A stretch of DNA of 64,000 bases from Chthoniobacter sp. (lineage in GTDB: Bacteria; Verrucomicrobiota; Verrucomicrobiia; Chthoniobacterales; Chthoniobacteraceae), in contig JANMTP010000047.1 in assembly GCA_031390545.1 (NCBI GenBank), positions 8,930 to 72,929 on the forward strand, read 5' to 3'. The notes beneath the pieces are model-generated. The model saw only the letters and a list, made by a program, of their open reading frames with translations, did no database searches and was not told the origin of the DNA. The position numbers were made by a program, and so were the translations under genes. Below, in pieces: positions 19,926 to 30,500 of the stretch (positions are counted from its first letter, which is position 1; every line of letters starts with the position of its first letter).

Positions 19926-20752
19926 CCCTCAGGGTTGAGCGGTGGGTTTAGACGACAAAGCTCATCCATCTTAATCCTGATCAGGAATTCGTAGTAAGCC
20001 ATGTTCACGCAGTAGATAAAACCCGAACGGCCTTCCAAAAATCCGCATTTCAGAAAATAGCGGAAACAAAACGCTGCGAGTGGCCATCCTGGAAGCCTGC
20101 TCACCAGTGGCTTAAGAGCTTTGTTCCGGATCGATCCGTGGGGCGAAAAAATTTGCGGCCAAGAAATTGGGGTTTGCAATCGTACGGCCGCTTCGAGGTC
20201 GGAGTATCGATTGTGCCGGTCCATCCACCGTGCCCATCCTTTGCTGAAGGCGAAGTGGAGATAGGGCTCGGGGAGGTAGGCAATCTCTCCGTCCACGGCG
20301 AACTCCCTTTGCCCGTGACCGGCATCCGCAAAGCTCGCGCGCCCACGACGCAGGAGGCGAAACTGCCATTTAGGGAACGAATCGCAACGCTTCAGCCACC
20401 TTCCGTTCAACATCATCTTCCAGCATAAATAAAATCCGGCCGTCGTCTCCGGGGCTCCCGCCACCGCCGCAGAAAGCGCGCGTTGGAATTCTGGGGTCGA
20501 ACATTCGTCGGCATCGAGAAAGAGAATCCACGGGTGTCCAAAGGAACAATTTGCCAAAGCCCAATTCCGCTGCTGGCCGAATGATTGGAAGCGGTTGGAG
20601 TAAACACGCGCGCCCGCGCCTTCCGCGATGGAGATGGTCGCGTCCGTGCTGCCAGAGTCGATGACATGGATATCGTCGCACCAATCCAGCGAACGCAGAC
20701 AAGCCGGCAGGTCCGACGCTTCGTTCATCGTCAAAATCGCCGTCGAGATCAT
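19922..20752 (-). CDS. Glycosyltransferase family 2
   Basis: STAILTMNEASDLPACL ... VIDSGSTDAT ... FLDADE. Confidence 0.85.
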   Translation of the reverse strand: MISTAILTMNEASDLPACLRSLDWCDDIHVIDSGSTDATISIAEGAGARVYSNRFQSFGQQRNWALANCSFGHPWILFLDADECSTPEFQRALSAAVAGAPETTAGFYLCWKMMLNGRWLKRCDSFPKWQFRLLRRGRASFADAGHGQREFAVDGEIAYLPEPYLHFAFSKGWARWMDRHNRYSDLEAAVRLQTPISWPQIFSPHGSIRNKALKPLVSRLPGWPLAAFCFRYFLKCGFLEGRSGFIYCVNMAYYEFLIRIKMDELCRLNPPLNPEG

Positions 20753-20870
20753 CGAGTTCGTTGAAGGCTGACTGGCCCACCCGCGCCCGATACAATTCCG
20801 CGACGGCTCTTAGAGTCCATGATTAAGACTTCGCCGGACGAGGCGACCGCTAAGGATCGATACGGGAACT

Positions 20871-21701
20871 TTATTCATGCCGGTGGGAAGAGGGCTTGGT
20901 GATGGCGAGATTCACGGTGAGAAACTGCTTCACAAACCACTGTTTGCCGCTTCCTCTTGAGGAAATTCCCAGCCTCCGCAGGCTCGCCCGGCCGCGGAAA
21001 AGGGCCCGCAAGTCGAAGAGCGAAACCCAGTGAATGGCGTCGCGGTCAATCGCAAAAGGCAGATGAAAAATGGAGGGATCGAGGTGAATTAAGAAGTCTG
21101 GCGGACCGCCCAGCAGTGTCCAAAGCCGGCGGGCAAGAACGTGAAAGGCGATGCGACGGCGCTGGCCAGGTTGGTAGTGATCCGCGGAATGCGAAAGGTA
21201 GAATGGGAAGTCATAGCGCGGGCAAAAGATAAGTAGCACGCCCCCGGGATTGAGCATGGCGAACAATCTTTCGAGCGTGTCCCGCGGGTCGGAAACGTGT
21301 TCGAGGACGTAGGTGGAGAAGATGACATCGAAGGTCCCAGTAATGTCCTTAATGCTGCCGATGTAGACGTGATCGGTCTGTGTCCGGAGGAACTCGGCAT
21401 TCGTGGGCGTGACGTCCTGCGCTGTCAGTTCGACCGACGAACGCAATTCTCCTAGAAAGCTGCCGAATCCGCTGCGCCCAGCACCAAATTCGAGGACGCG
21501 ACACCGCGGCTGGTATTTGAGCCGCGCGCCGATCGCCGCACAGACGTGGGGCCACTCGTCGTGTTTCTGAGCGATGGTGTGGAAAGCGTCGTAGCTCCTG
21601 GTGGTGGTATAGAAGTCATCCATTCTTCGGCGGAGCGCGGTGACAGCGGGATCGCTCTCGTCGGTGAGAATCGCCGGGGTTGTTGAGGGAGTTGAATTCA
21701 T
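20871..21701 (-). CDS. Class I SAM-dependent methyltransferase
   Basis: Motif I RVLEFGAGRSGFG, plus FDVIFSTYVLEHV. Confidence 0.8.
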   Translation of the reverse strand: MNSTPSTTPAILTDESDPAVTALRRRMDDFYTTTRSYDAFHTIAQKHDEWPHVCAAIGARLKYQPRCRVLEFGAGRSGFGSFLGELRSSVELTAQDVTPTNAEFLRTQTDHVYIGSIKDITGTFDVIFSTYVLEHVSDPRDTLERLFAMLNPGGVLLIFCPRYDFPFYLSHSADHYQPGQRRRIAFHVLARRLWTLLGGPPDFLIHLDPSIFHLPFAIDRDAIHWVSLFDLRALFRGRASLRRLGISSRGSGKQWFVKQFLTVNLAITKPSSHRHE

Positions 21702-21722
21702 ATGCGGGAAGCTAGGTGCGGT

Positions 21723-22523
21723 TCACGGCGGGGAGGCTGTTCCCGCCGCGGGTTTCATCGGCTTGATGGCCTCCACGAGAGACGCAAAATCCCCAAGATA
21801 AAGGTCGGCGATTCGCTCCAAAGAAAAGCTTTGCGCGGTGGAAGCTGCGTGTGGGCGCACCTCTTCGACCCGCGCCGGATGCGAGAGCAGATCAACCAGC
21901 TTGGACGCGAGTTCCGCGGCCGGTAACGGCGCGCGGTGGTCGAAAACGAAACTGTTTTCGTTGCCGCGAACAAAATCGCGAAAGCACGCTAGCGAAGAAC
22001 CCACGGCGGGGCGGCCGTGCGACATCGCCTCCAGCGGAGCCACTCCGAACGTCTCACCCTTTTCGGCCAAGGATGGATAGACGAAAAGCGAGGCGGCGCG
22101 GTAGCAGTCTGCGAGTTGCGCCGGGTCAAATAGCGGGCCGACAAATTCCACGCTCCCGCGCACGGGTGCGGCGATCCGCTTCAGTTCGTCCCAGTAGCTC
22201 CGGCCACCACCGCCGCCACTCGTTTCCCAGGGGCCCACGAGCCTCAGCTTCCACTCCGCGGCCACGACGGTCTGCAGTCGCACCATCGCCTCAACGAGCA
22301 GGTGGACGCCTTTCTCAGGGTGGATGCGGCCAGCGAAAAGGAGGTGCGGTTGGCGCGGCGCGGGAACGTTGGAAACCGACCGAGGGGCGTCCGAGAGCGG
22401 GTAGGGGATGCAGCAGACTTTCTCCGCGCAATCCGGTACTTCGTCGATGATCGCCGACTCAATCGCCCCGTCGCGGAGGGGCGGAACAGGGAGAAACGCT
22501 CCTTGGACGATGGTGATTCTCAC
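21723..22523 (-). CDS. GT4-like glycosyltransferase lacking most of its N-terminal Rossmann domain
   Basis: GTG at 22523 gives (M)RITIVQGAFLPVPPLRDGAIES, a typical GT4 start. The sequence then jumps within ~50 aa to the C-terminal domain (LLFAGRIHPEKGVHLL ... PSLAEKGETFGVAPLEAMSHGRP). Confidence 0.6.
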   Translation of the reverse strand: MRITIVQGAFLPVPPLRDGAIESAIIDEVPDCAEKVCCIPYPLSDAPRSVSNVPAPRQPHLLFAGRIHPEKGVHLLVEAMVRLQTVVAAEWKLRLVGPWETSGGGGGRSYWDELKRIAAPVRGSVEFVGPLFDPAQLADCYRAASLFVYPSLAEKGETFGVAPLEAMSHGRPAVGSSLACFRDFVRGNENSFVFDHRAPLPAAELASKLVDLLSHPARVEEVRPHAASTAQSFSLERIADLYLGDFASLVEAIKPMKPAAGTASPP

Positions 22524-22541
22524 GGGACTGCTCGCCAACGA

Positions 22542-24023
22542 TCAACCGACTCCCAAGTCGCACGCCAAGAAGAGAAAAGTGAGGAGTCCCACGCAAAGCA
22601 GAGTGTTCGATCGATGCAAGAGCTCGGCGTACTCGGATCGTCCGCGAACCTTGCGCAAAGGGGGTTGCTCCGGCGGCAAAGTCGTATCGGACTCTGGAAC
22701 GGGCAAGTTTTCATCCTTGGCTGCGGCCAAGGTCAGGCCCGCCATGAAGACGGCAAACCCCAAGGTCGTTGGCACGCCAAATTGTCCATTCAGGATCTGT
22801 GGGAATGCGGCGCAAAAAACGAGCGGCGGCAGGGGGTTTTTCCGTTTTAGGGCTGCCAGTGCGGCGTGCCCGAGGAAGGCGACAATGGCTATGCGAAGTC
22901 CGATGTAGGCGAAACCGAGCGCCGGCCCGCTCTCGCGGATCACCCGTTCCCATTCTCCTTCGGCGAGGAGAAATTTGCGTTCCCCGGTGAGCAGCCCACT
23001 CGCGGCATTCGTCCCCATACCGAGGCCGCGACCAAGAAATGGCGTGTCCGCGGCGGCTCCGAGGGGAGCCACGAGATCGCCTATGACGCGGAAAATGAGG
23101 CCGTGCTCAAGCCCACCGCCGGTCACCAAGCGGGTTTCGTGGACGGTCAGGCCGTTTCGAAACTCAGACCAAAAACTCAGTCCAAGATAGGCGACTCCGA
23201 TGACCAAGAATCCCTTGATGGTCTTCCCAAAAAAAGACGGTTCTTTGAGACAAACGAAGATGACCCCCGCGAAGATCACGCTCACGCTCACGAGCGTGCC
23301 GCGGCTTCCCGAGACGGCGATCATGACGGCGACGGCGGGCAGTGCCGCCAAGGCCAACTTCGCGTGCCGGGCCCCGGTCTGCATCAAAGTGCTAAGGACA
23401 AAGGCCGAAGTCAGCGTGACAAAGGCGAGCAGCCCAGTGGTAAATGAAAAAGTCCCGGGGGGACGAATCTTCCCGAACCCGACTTCCATTTGTCCACCAA
23501 CCCCGCCCCCGGCACCCACATTGAGGAAGGAATCCGGGGAAGCGCGGAACTGCAACGCGACCAGCAGCGCCATGGGAAAGGCCAAATAGAACAACCATTT
23601 TCCGAGCGACTCGACATCGCGCGCGGCGAAGACCTTGGGGATAAGAAAGATCAGCGGAAGATGGAGGAAATTCGTTCGCAAACCGTACACCGTAATCAGG
23701 AAGTTGCCTTCACCGGCAACCTGCGATGCCGCGGCGGAGAGGACGGCGAGGGCAATCGTGGAACTGATGAACGCACCCCAGGGAAAGAGGTTGCGAGAAA
23801 GGGCCACGCCATAAATGAAGATGACGACCGGATCACGTATGATGAGGAGGGGGTTAGCCAGCCCCGGAGCGACCCACTTGCGCAGGGCGCCTTCGAAAAT
23901 GAGCAGCCAAAAATACGTCCAAATCAGCCGCCTGAGGAGTGTCAGATTCTCCTGGCGAATGTCTGGTGGCGGTTCCGCGGGCACGCGAGGCAGCCATTCG
24001 GGAAGGTGAACTATCGTGGACAT
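22542..24023 (-). CDS. Wzy-like O-antigen polymerase/ligase-family membrane protein
   Basis: More than 10 TM segments. VSGSRGTLVSV and GRGLGMGT...LLAEGEWERVIRESG blocks resemble Wzy_C. No TPR tail. Confidence 0.6.
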   Translation of the reverse strand: MSTIVHLPEWLPRVPAEPPPDIRQENLTLLRRLIWTYFWLLIFEGALRKWVAPGLANPLLIIRDPVVIFIYGVALSRNLFPWGAFISSTIALAVLSAAASQVAGEGNFLITVYGLRTNFLHLPLIFLIPKVFAARDVESLGKWLFYLAFPMALLVALQFRASPDSFLNVGAGGGVGGQMEVGFGKIRPPGTFSFTTGLLAFVTLTSAFVLSTLMQTGARHAKLALAALPAVAVMIAVSGSRGTLVSVSVIFAGVIFVCLKEPSFFGKTIKGFLVIGVAYLGLSFWSEFRNGLTVHETRLVTGGGLEHGLIFRVIGDLVAPLGAAADTPFLGRGLGMGTNAASGLLTGERKFLLAEGEWERVIRESGPALGFAYIGLRIAIVAFLGHAALAALKRKNPLPPLVFCAAFPQILNGQFGVPTTLGFAVFMAGLTLAAAKDENLPVPESDTTLPPEQPPLRKVRGRSEYAELLHRSNTLLCVGLLTFLFLACDLGVG

Positions 24024-24220
24024 GAGTTAGACCGGTTCCCGGAAGAAGATGACTGGCACGGTTTTTTTTACGTGTTTCGGTCTTTATGCAGGACGCGATA
24101 ATTTGCCCGCGGAGCGCCTCATCGGGAAAGTACCAATCTATTTCGGATTGTTACGTTTTGATGGTGGCGATCGCGTGCGAATTCCGTCTGCCTTTGGTTT
24201 CGCTCGATGGTGCCGTAAAT

Positions 24221-25396
24221 TTACGTCGGCCCAAGCTCGGTACCCTGTAGCGTGGCGATCAGACTTTGCGCCGCCTGCTGGATTTCGAAGCGCTGCTCGA
24301 AGCAAGTGCGCGCCGCCAACCGCATATCGCCACGGCCCTTTGGATTCAGGGCCAGCCAACGATTTAAAAGACGTAGCGTTCCAGGGCCGTCGTCATTTTC
24401 CACAATACCGGCTCCGTCCTGCTGAATCTCGCGCCAGATGTTCACTTTATCGGAAATCAACACAGGCAAACTGCAGGCGAGAGCCTCGGCGACGGCAATG
24501 CCAAAATTTTCCTGATGCGACGGCAAAATGAACGCCTCCGCGGCGTGAAAAGCGCCCCATTTCAGGTCGCCGGCCAGCATCCCGGTCCAGATGACGCGAT
24601 CCGTCAAACCGAGTCGGTCGGCGGTGCGCCGTACGGCGTGGGCATAGTCGCTATCGGCGGGTCCGGCCATCACCACACGGAAGTCTGCGCTCCCGGCGTG
24701 AGCTGCCTCGGCGAATCGGCCAAAAGCCTCAATCAGTTCCATACAACCCTTTTTCTCGTGGAGGCGCCCGAGAAAGAGGAGCAATCGATGGTTTTGCGCC
24801 TCAGGAAACCTCTCCAAAAAAAGTGATCGCTGGATGCCCGGTTCGCCGATCGGCCCGGCCGTGCCGAAGTTCACGACTTTCTCCCGACACCGGTAGAGCC
24901 AAAAGGACTTCCGCGCCTGGAGGCGTTCCTCTTCGCAGGTAAACAGGACGGTCGCGGCGTCGCGGAGAACGCGATATTCAGCCCACGGCCAATAGAGCCA
25001 TTTCTTGAGGTGCTTGAGGGGATAGCGCTTCTTAAACCAGGGATCGAGCATCCCATGGGTGAACACGAAATACGACCCGGCGACGTTGCGCAGCGCCCAC
25101 CAAGTGCCAAAGCCGCCAAACTGCCATAATCCATTCACGATGACTTTGTCATAGTCGGATCGATGCTTCCGTAACCAAGGGACGAAGCGGGGAGAGTAGC
25201 CGTAGCAGGGGGTCGATGGACCCACAGCGTGGACGGGAAATCCGAGGTCGGTCAACCAAGGTTCGGTGGGCCCGTCGAGGCAAAGCAACTCTACGGAGTG
25301 CCCATTTTGACGCAGGACTCCAGCCAGTTGCTTGATGCCTTCGATAGGGCCGCCGGCCACGGGATTTGCCGAGTGGATGACCTGCAGAATCTTCAT
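24221..25396 (-). CDS. Glycosyltransferase family 4
   Basis: MKILQVIHSANPVAGGPIEG ... PSHQENFGIAVAEALACSLPVLIS. Confidence 0.85.
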   Translation of the reverse strand: MKILQVIHSANPVAGGPIEGIKQLAGVLRQNGHSVELLCLDGPTEPWLTDLGFPVHAVGPSTPCYGYSPRFVPWLRKHRSDYDKVIVNGLWQFGGFGTWWALRNVAGSYFVFTHGMLDPWFKKRYPLKHLKKWLYWPWAEYRVLRDAATVLFTCEEERLQARKSFWLYRCREKVVNFGTAGPIGEPGIQRSLFLERFPEAQNHRLLLFLGRLHEKKGCMELIEAFGRFAEAAHAGSADFRVVMAGPADSDYAHAVRRTADRLGLTDRVIWTGMLAGDLKWGAFHAAEAFILPSHQENFGIAVAEALACSLPVLISDKVNIWREIQQDGAGIVENDDGPGTLRLLNRWLALNPKGRGDMRLAARTCFEQRFEIQQAAQSLIATLQGTELGPT

Positions 25397-25565
25397 GGAA
25401 CAGGCGGGAGATGCCCGGCCGGGTAGCGCCGTGTCTTTGATGGGAAGGTGGAGCGGGGTTTCAATTTGGAGAGTGCGTAAAATCGCAGGGTTTCTGGCAT
25501 TTTAGGGAAGTGTGAGCCGCGTGGGAGTTGGGTTGCTTGCTTGCTGAAATCTTAGTTTGTTCTGT

Positions 25566-25591
25566 GCCGCCATTGCGCTAGAAATGGCGGC
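25566..25591 (+). promoter_or_regulatory. Perfect 9-bp inverted repeat (GCCGCCATT-N8-AATGGCGGC) 12 nt upstream of the 25604 ATG
   Basis: Read directly from the sequence. Sits in the 5' leader of the TPM-domain gene. Function unknown. Confidence 0.3.
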
Positions 25592-25603
25592 TCCGGTCCA
25601 TCC

Positions 25604-26233
25604 ATGAGTTTTCCCAGCCCTGCGCGCCGCCTCGTTTCTCTCTGTGGAGCCGCCTGGCTGCAAGCAATGCTCGTAGGGTCCTTCGGGCAGCCGCCATTGC
25701 CCCCGGCACCGGACGGAATGATCCTCGATCAAGCGCGAATCTTTTTGCCGGACCGCGCCTCCGCGTTGAGCGAGCGACTTCAGGCGTCGGCCCGCGAGCG
25801 CTCCATCCGAATCTATGTGGTCACGGTGCGTTCGCTGGAAGTTCCCCCATCTCGCAGAATGGAGCGTCTGTCGAAGCTGGGACATTCTTACGCGGATGCC
25901 TGGCTTAAGGACGCGGTTGGTGTGGTCTTTTTGGTCGATGACGAGAGTGGCACCTCGATCTTTGTATCGAGTCCTGAGGCGGATAAAGTTCTCCCGCCTT
26001 GGCGGCGCAATATGATCGTCGTGGATTCGATCAAGTGGGAACGGGAGGACACCCTTCTTCGGGAGAAGGCTGAGCGGGCCGCGCTGATCATGCTGGAGAG
26101 CTTGAGTACTGCGCAGACCGAGGTGGAGAAGGTCGCGCGGCGTGATCGCGTGATCACGTTTATCCTGGCTGCGGTCGCCATAACGGGGGTTGCCCTGCTT
26201 ATCATCCGGGAGGTCGTAAAAGCGAAACGGTGA
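25604..26233 (+). CDS. TPM-domain (TLP18.3/Psb32/MOLO-1-like) protein with C-terminal TM anchor
   Basis: Signal-like N-terminus. DQARIFLPDRASALSERL...IRIYVVTVRSL is the TPM pattern. C-terminal helix FILAAVAITGVALLII. Confidence 0.55.
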   Translation: MSFPSPARRLVSLCGAAWLQAMLVGSFGQPPLPPAPDGMILDQARIFLPDRASALSERLQASARERSIRIYVVTVRSLEVPPSRRMERLSKLGHSYADAWLKDAVGVVFLVDDESGTSIFVSSPEADKVLPPWRRNMIVVDSIKWEREDTLLREKAERAALIMLESLSTAQTEVEKVARRDRVITFILAAVAITGVALLIIREVVKAKR

Positions 26234-26296
26234 AGGTGCGCCGCCACGCTTTTCCCGCAGCCCATGTTCAGAGGATTGCCGCTGCCTGCGAGACTG

Positions 26297-26995
26297 TCAT
26301 CGGGCATGCCGCTGGTCGATCAGGTAACCGTGACCGCGGATGGTTCGAATGAGCCGCCCACCCGCTCCCAGTTTCACCCGGAGTCGCCGCAGATGAGTAT
26401 CCACCGTGCGGATTTCGATGCTGCTTTCTGTTGGCCAGACGAAATTCAGAAGCGCCTTACGGGCGAGCACGCGGCCCGCGTGTTGCATCAGGCTGCTGAG
26501 CAGTTTGAATTCGGTCCTCGTCAAATCAACCGGCTGCTTCTCCACGGTGACGCGGTAGGCGAGGGGGTCAACCGTGATGCAACCCACATTCATCACCGTC
26601 GCCAGTGAAAAAACCGGTGCCAATTGGTGGCGGAGCAGCACCCCGATGCGGAGGACCAACTCGCGGGGGCTGAAAGGTTTCAGCACGTAGTCATCGGCAC
26701 CATATTCGAAGCCAAGGATGCGATCGACTTCCTCATGGCGCGCGGTCAGTAGAATGATCGGCAACCGAGCGGTATTTGGATCGGCTTTCAGAGTGCGGCA
26801 CACTTCCAGGCCCGTGAGACCTGGCATCATCACGTCGAGCACCGCGAGGGCCGGTTGATTCGTGCGCACACATTCGAGCGCAGCGATCCCGTCCACCGCT
26901 TTCACGACTTCAAAGCCATTCGCCACGAGGCGCGACTCCAGCAGGGTCAGCACGTCGGCCTCATCATCGGCGATCAGGATGCGTTTATTTAACAT
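26297..26995 (-). CDS. OmpR/PhoB-family response regulator (receiver + winged-helix)
   Basis: ILIADDEADV ... LDVMMPGLTGLEV ... DDYVLKPFSPRELV, with a C-terminal trans_reg_C region (TEFKLLSSLM ... VDTHLRRLRVKL ... IRTIRGHGY). Confidence 0.9.
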   Translation of the reverse strand: MLNKRILIADDEADVLTLLESRLVANGFEVVKAVDGIAALECVRTNQPALAVLDVMMPGLTGLEVCRTLKADPNTARLPIILLTARHEEVDRILGFEYGADDYVLKPFSPRELVLRIGVLLRHQLAPVFSLATVMNVGCITVDPLAYRVTVEKQPVDLTRTEFKLLSSLMQHAGRVLARKALLNFVWPTESSIEIRTVDTHLRRLRVKLGAGGRLIRTIRGHGYLIDQRHAR

Positions 26996-27534
26996 TTCCG
27001 GAGAGGAGATCAGGCTGGCCAGGTAGCGAGCCCGCGGCGCAGCCGATGAGGAAAGAGGGTGGGTGAAACATCGCGTCGCAAGGAGTATTCACGGCACTGC
27101 GACAACCGTGGGGCGGCCAAGTGACAATACGCGGGCAGATGAAGTGGGTGGAAGGTGGACTGTGAAATCCGCATCCCCCCCATTTGCGCAGATGTCACCC
27201 TACTGACATTTTTCAGTGCGCATGACCGGCGGATAAGGCAAGGGGCCATATCGACATCGAATCTTAACAATCACCCTCTTTCACCACCTTGGCGGCGGCA
27301 CTAAGTAACAACGCGCTCGTTGTTTCCGATTCTGCGCTCTTACTTTCACGAGAACACTGCGTAAAACCCCTCCATTTTTGATCAGACCGGAACGAAAATT
27401 TTGAGTCGCTACCAAAAGTTCGCCCGCAAACAGGGCCTCTCTCGCAAGGAACCTTTCACTCGCCCGCCCGAGGAGGAAGCTCGCCAACTTGACCCAGGAT
27501 TTTGGCCCGTCCCGTCTGAGCAAAAAATTCAGCC

Positions 27535-30500
27535 ATGATCCCTCGTTGTCCCTTGTCCGGCTTGCGTCGGGCGCCCGACGACCTCTGGCGTCGTACCGCC
27601 CTGCTCGGCCTTAGTTTTACTCTGATCTTCGGCAGCAATGCCCGCGCTGGCGACATTCTCCGCGGTGGAGCGCCCGCCGGCCAGCGGGGTGCTCCCACCG
27701 CCTTTGGCACTAATCCCGCCCCTGCCAACCAAGCGCGCAACAACGCAAAGGACGCGCTTTCTCGCACCACCCAGGCGGTGCAATCTGTCCAAGCCATGCA
27801 GGCGGCTGCCCGCGCCGCGGCCCTCGCGGGCCCGAATAACCTCGGCCCCGACCCGAATCGTCCCGGCCAGCTCCTTCCGAACGTCCCCAATGGTCTGGCA
27901 CCCGGCGGTCTCCAGGTCTTGCCCGGCGTCCCCGCCAATCTTGCCACCCCGCAGGCCGGCGAAAACGCCGCCCTCTGGACTGGCGCGGAACTGCCCGTCC
28001 AGAGCGCTGTCAACGGCCGCACCTTGGTCACCGTCAAACAGAACGTCGCTCAAGCCGTCCTTAATTGGCAGACGCTCAACGTTGGCAAGCAAACGACCCT
28101 GAAGTTCGATCAGTCTGCGGGTAAGGCGAACAAAAGCCAATGGATCGCCTTCAACAAAATCACCGACCCCTCCGGCTCGCCCACCCAGATCCTCGGCAAC
28201 CTCGAAGCTGACGGGCAAGTTTACGTCATCAATCAAAACGGCATCATTTTTGGCGGCTCCTCGCAGGTCAACTTGCGCTCTCTCACCGCCTCGTCGCTGC
28301 CGATCAACGACAACCTGATCAAGCAGGGCCTGCTCAATAATCGGGACGCGCAGTTCCTGTTTTCCTCCCTCTCAGTGCCTGGTGGTGCGGACGGCACGCC
28401 GATTTACACCCCCGTCGCTCCGCTCACGCCGAATGGGCGGCAAGGCGACGTGGTCGTGCAAAAAGGTGCCTCATTGGCTACTCCGGTGAGCGACGACGGT
28501 AATGGCGGACGCATCATGCTCGTCGGTGCCAACGTCCGGAATGAAGGGAGCATTTCCACGCCCGCCGGACAGACCATTCTCGCCGCAGGTTTGCAGGTCG
28601 GAGTAGCCGCGCATGCCAGCGACGATCCCAGTCTGCGCGGTCTAGATACCTGGGTGGGAGCGGTCGGCGACTATGCTGGCACGACGACCAACAGCGGATT
28701 GATTGAGACCTTCACCGGCAGCACTCTAATGACCGGGCGCTATGTGAACCAATTTGGGGCAATCGAAAGCACCACGTCGGTCAGCTTAAACGGTCGAATA
28801 GATCTCCTTGCAAGCTACGGCGCAGTCGGCAACCCCAATTTCGACAACACCGGGGCTGGTTCCGGTGGCCCGCTCTTCCTGTATCAGCATACCGGAGTGG
28901 TCTCTTTCGGAGCGGGGAGCGCGACGCGTATCCTGCCGGACTATGCCAGTGCCGCGACCGTGCCGGGGACGAGCCTGCCGGAGAAATCGCAAATCAACGT
29001 CGAGGGCCTCGCCATCCACCTCGGGACGAATGCGGCGATCCTGGCCCCCAATGCGGATGTGACCTTCCGCGCCGGGGTCTGGCCATACATAGACGCGGAT
29101 GGGAATCGGACAACGCTGGACGCGACTGGTGGGGCGGACGCAGGGCTGCTGAGCGCCTATTTGGGAACGACTCAGCGGTTCTTTTATTCCGGCGGGCAAA
29201 TCTATTTGGATCCCGGCGCGGTGCTGTCTGTTGCGGGGAGCACGGACGTTGCAGTACCTTTATCACAGAGCATTCTCACGTTGGAATTTCGCGGATCAGA
29301 GCTGGCCAATTCGCCGCTCCAGAGAACCGGCCCCCTGCGCGCGGTTGACCTAACGGTGGATATTCGCCGGACGGGCGTTTATGGCGGACGATTTTGGATG
29401 GGTACGTCGCTCGGCGATGCGACCGGCGCTGCGGGGTTGATTCAGCGGAATGCCGCCCAATTAACCGCGGTGGGTGGCAATGTAAGTCTTCAGGCCGGCG
29501 GGGCGATCGTGGTGCGAAAGGATGCGGAGATCGACGTCTCAGGGGGCTTTTTCCGGCATGAGGCAGGAATGGTGCAGACGACCCGCCTGCTGCAAAATGG
29601 GCGGCTGGTCGAGATTGCCAACGCCCGTCCTGATCAGGTGTATCAGGGGATTTACAACGGCCAGTTTACGAAGAACTACGACAAATACGGCATCACTGAG
29701 ACGTATGCGACGCCGTGGATGACCGGGCGGCATTATGAGGCCGCTTACACCCAGGGGGCTGATGGCGGATCGCTGTCGCTGACGGCCCCAAGCATGGCCA
29801 TCGATGGCGAATTACGCGGGTCCACTATCGCCGGCGAGCGGCAGCGGGCCCTACCGCCGGGGTTGAGCAAGCTTTCCTTGACCTTCGAGGCGGAAAAAAT
29901 TCTGGCTCTGCCAGGTGGCGCACGCCTGTTTCTGACAAATTCTCCCACGCCGCCCGCAATTATTTTCGCCGATGAGGGGTCCTACGCAGATCCGGGGGCG
30001 TTTCGATTGGCGGAAGACGAGCCGGTGCCTTTGGGCGCGGATCGCATCGCCTCGGTGATCTTGTCGCCGGAGCTGCTTGACGAACAGGGATTTGGCCACC
30101 TGGCGATCCGGAACCCCGATGGAAACGTGACCGTACCAGACGGGGTCAGGCTGGTCGCGTCGCCACGGGGTTCGATTTCGCTGACCGGTGCAAACGTAAC
30201 GGTGGGCGGCGAGGTTACCGCGCCGGGCGGGACGCTGGCGTTTCTGGCCTACAACATCTCGCCGATTTTTGCCTTGGAGTTTCCGCTCGTGAATCCTCTG
30301 GGGTTGGCGGCCCCGGCCCCGGTGGCAAATCGCGGGTTATTTGCGCTGGGACGTGGTGCGAGTTTGAGCACTGCCGGTTTGATTGTGGATGACCGCCCCG
30401 GGCTGGCTACCTCGTCTGTGCTGCCGTTGGTCACCGCGGGCGGGGGTATTACCATCGACTCGCTCGGCGCGGAACTTGCCGAAGGCGGCGTGATCGACGT

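Noticed and set aside
22765-22785. The sigma-54-like sequence TGGCACGCCAAATTGT.
   Set aside because: The spacing to the TTG is off by one relative to TGGCACG-N4-TTGC. It lies inside a minus-strand coding region on the wrong strand.
24050-24075. TGGCAC followed by a T8 run (possible sigma-54 -24 element or terminator).
   Set aside because: The -12 TTGC element is absent, there is no stable hairpin before the T-run, and both flanking genes are on the opposite strand.
27010-27523. Two minus-strand ORFs of 80-86 aa in the regulator/adhesin intergenic spacer.
   Set aside because: There is no recognisable domain, the composition does not look like coding sequence, and they would be transcribed away from any obvious promoter logic. 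The region is treated as a promoter/5' leader.
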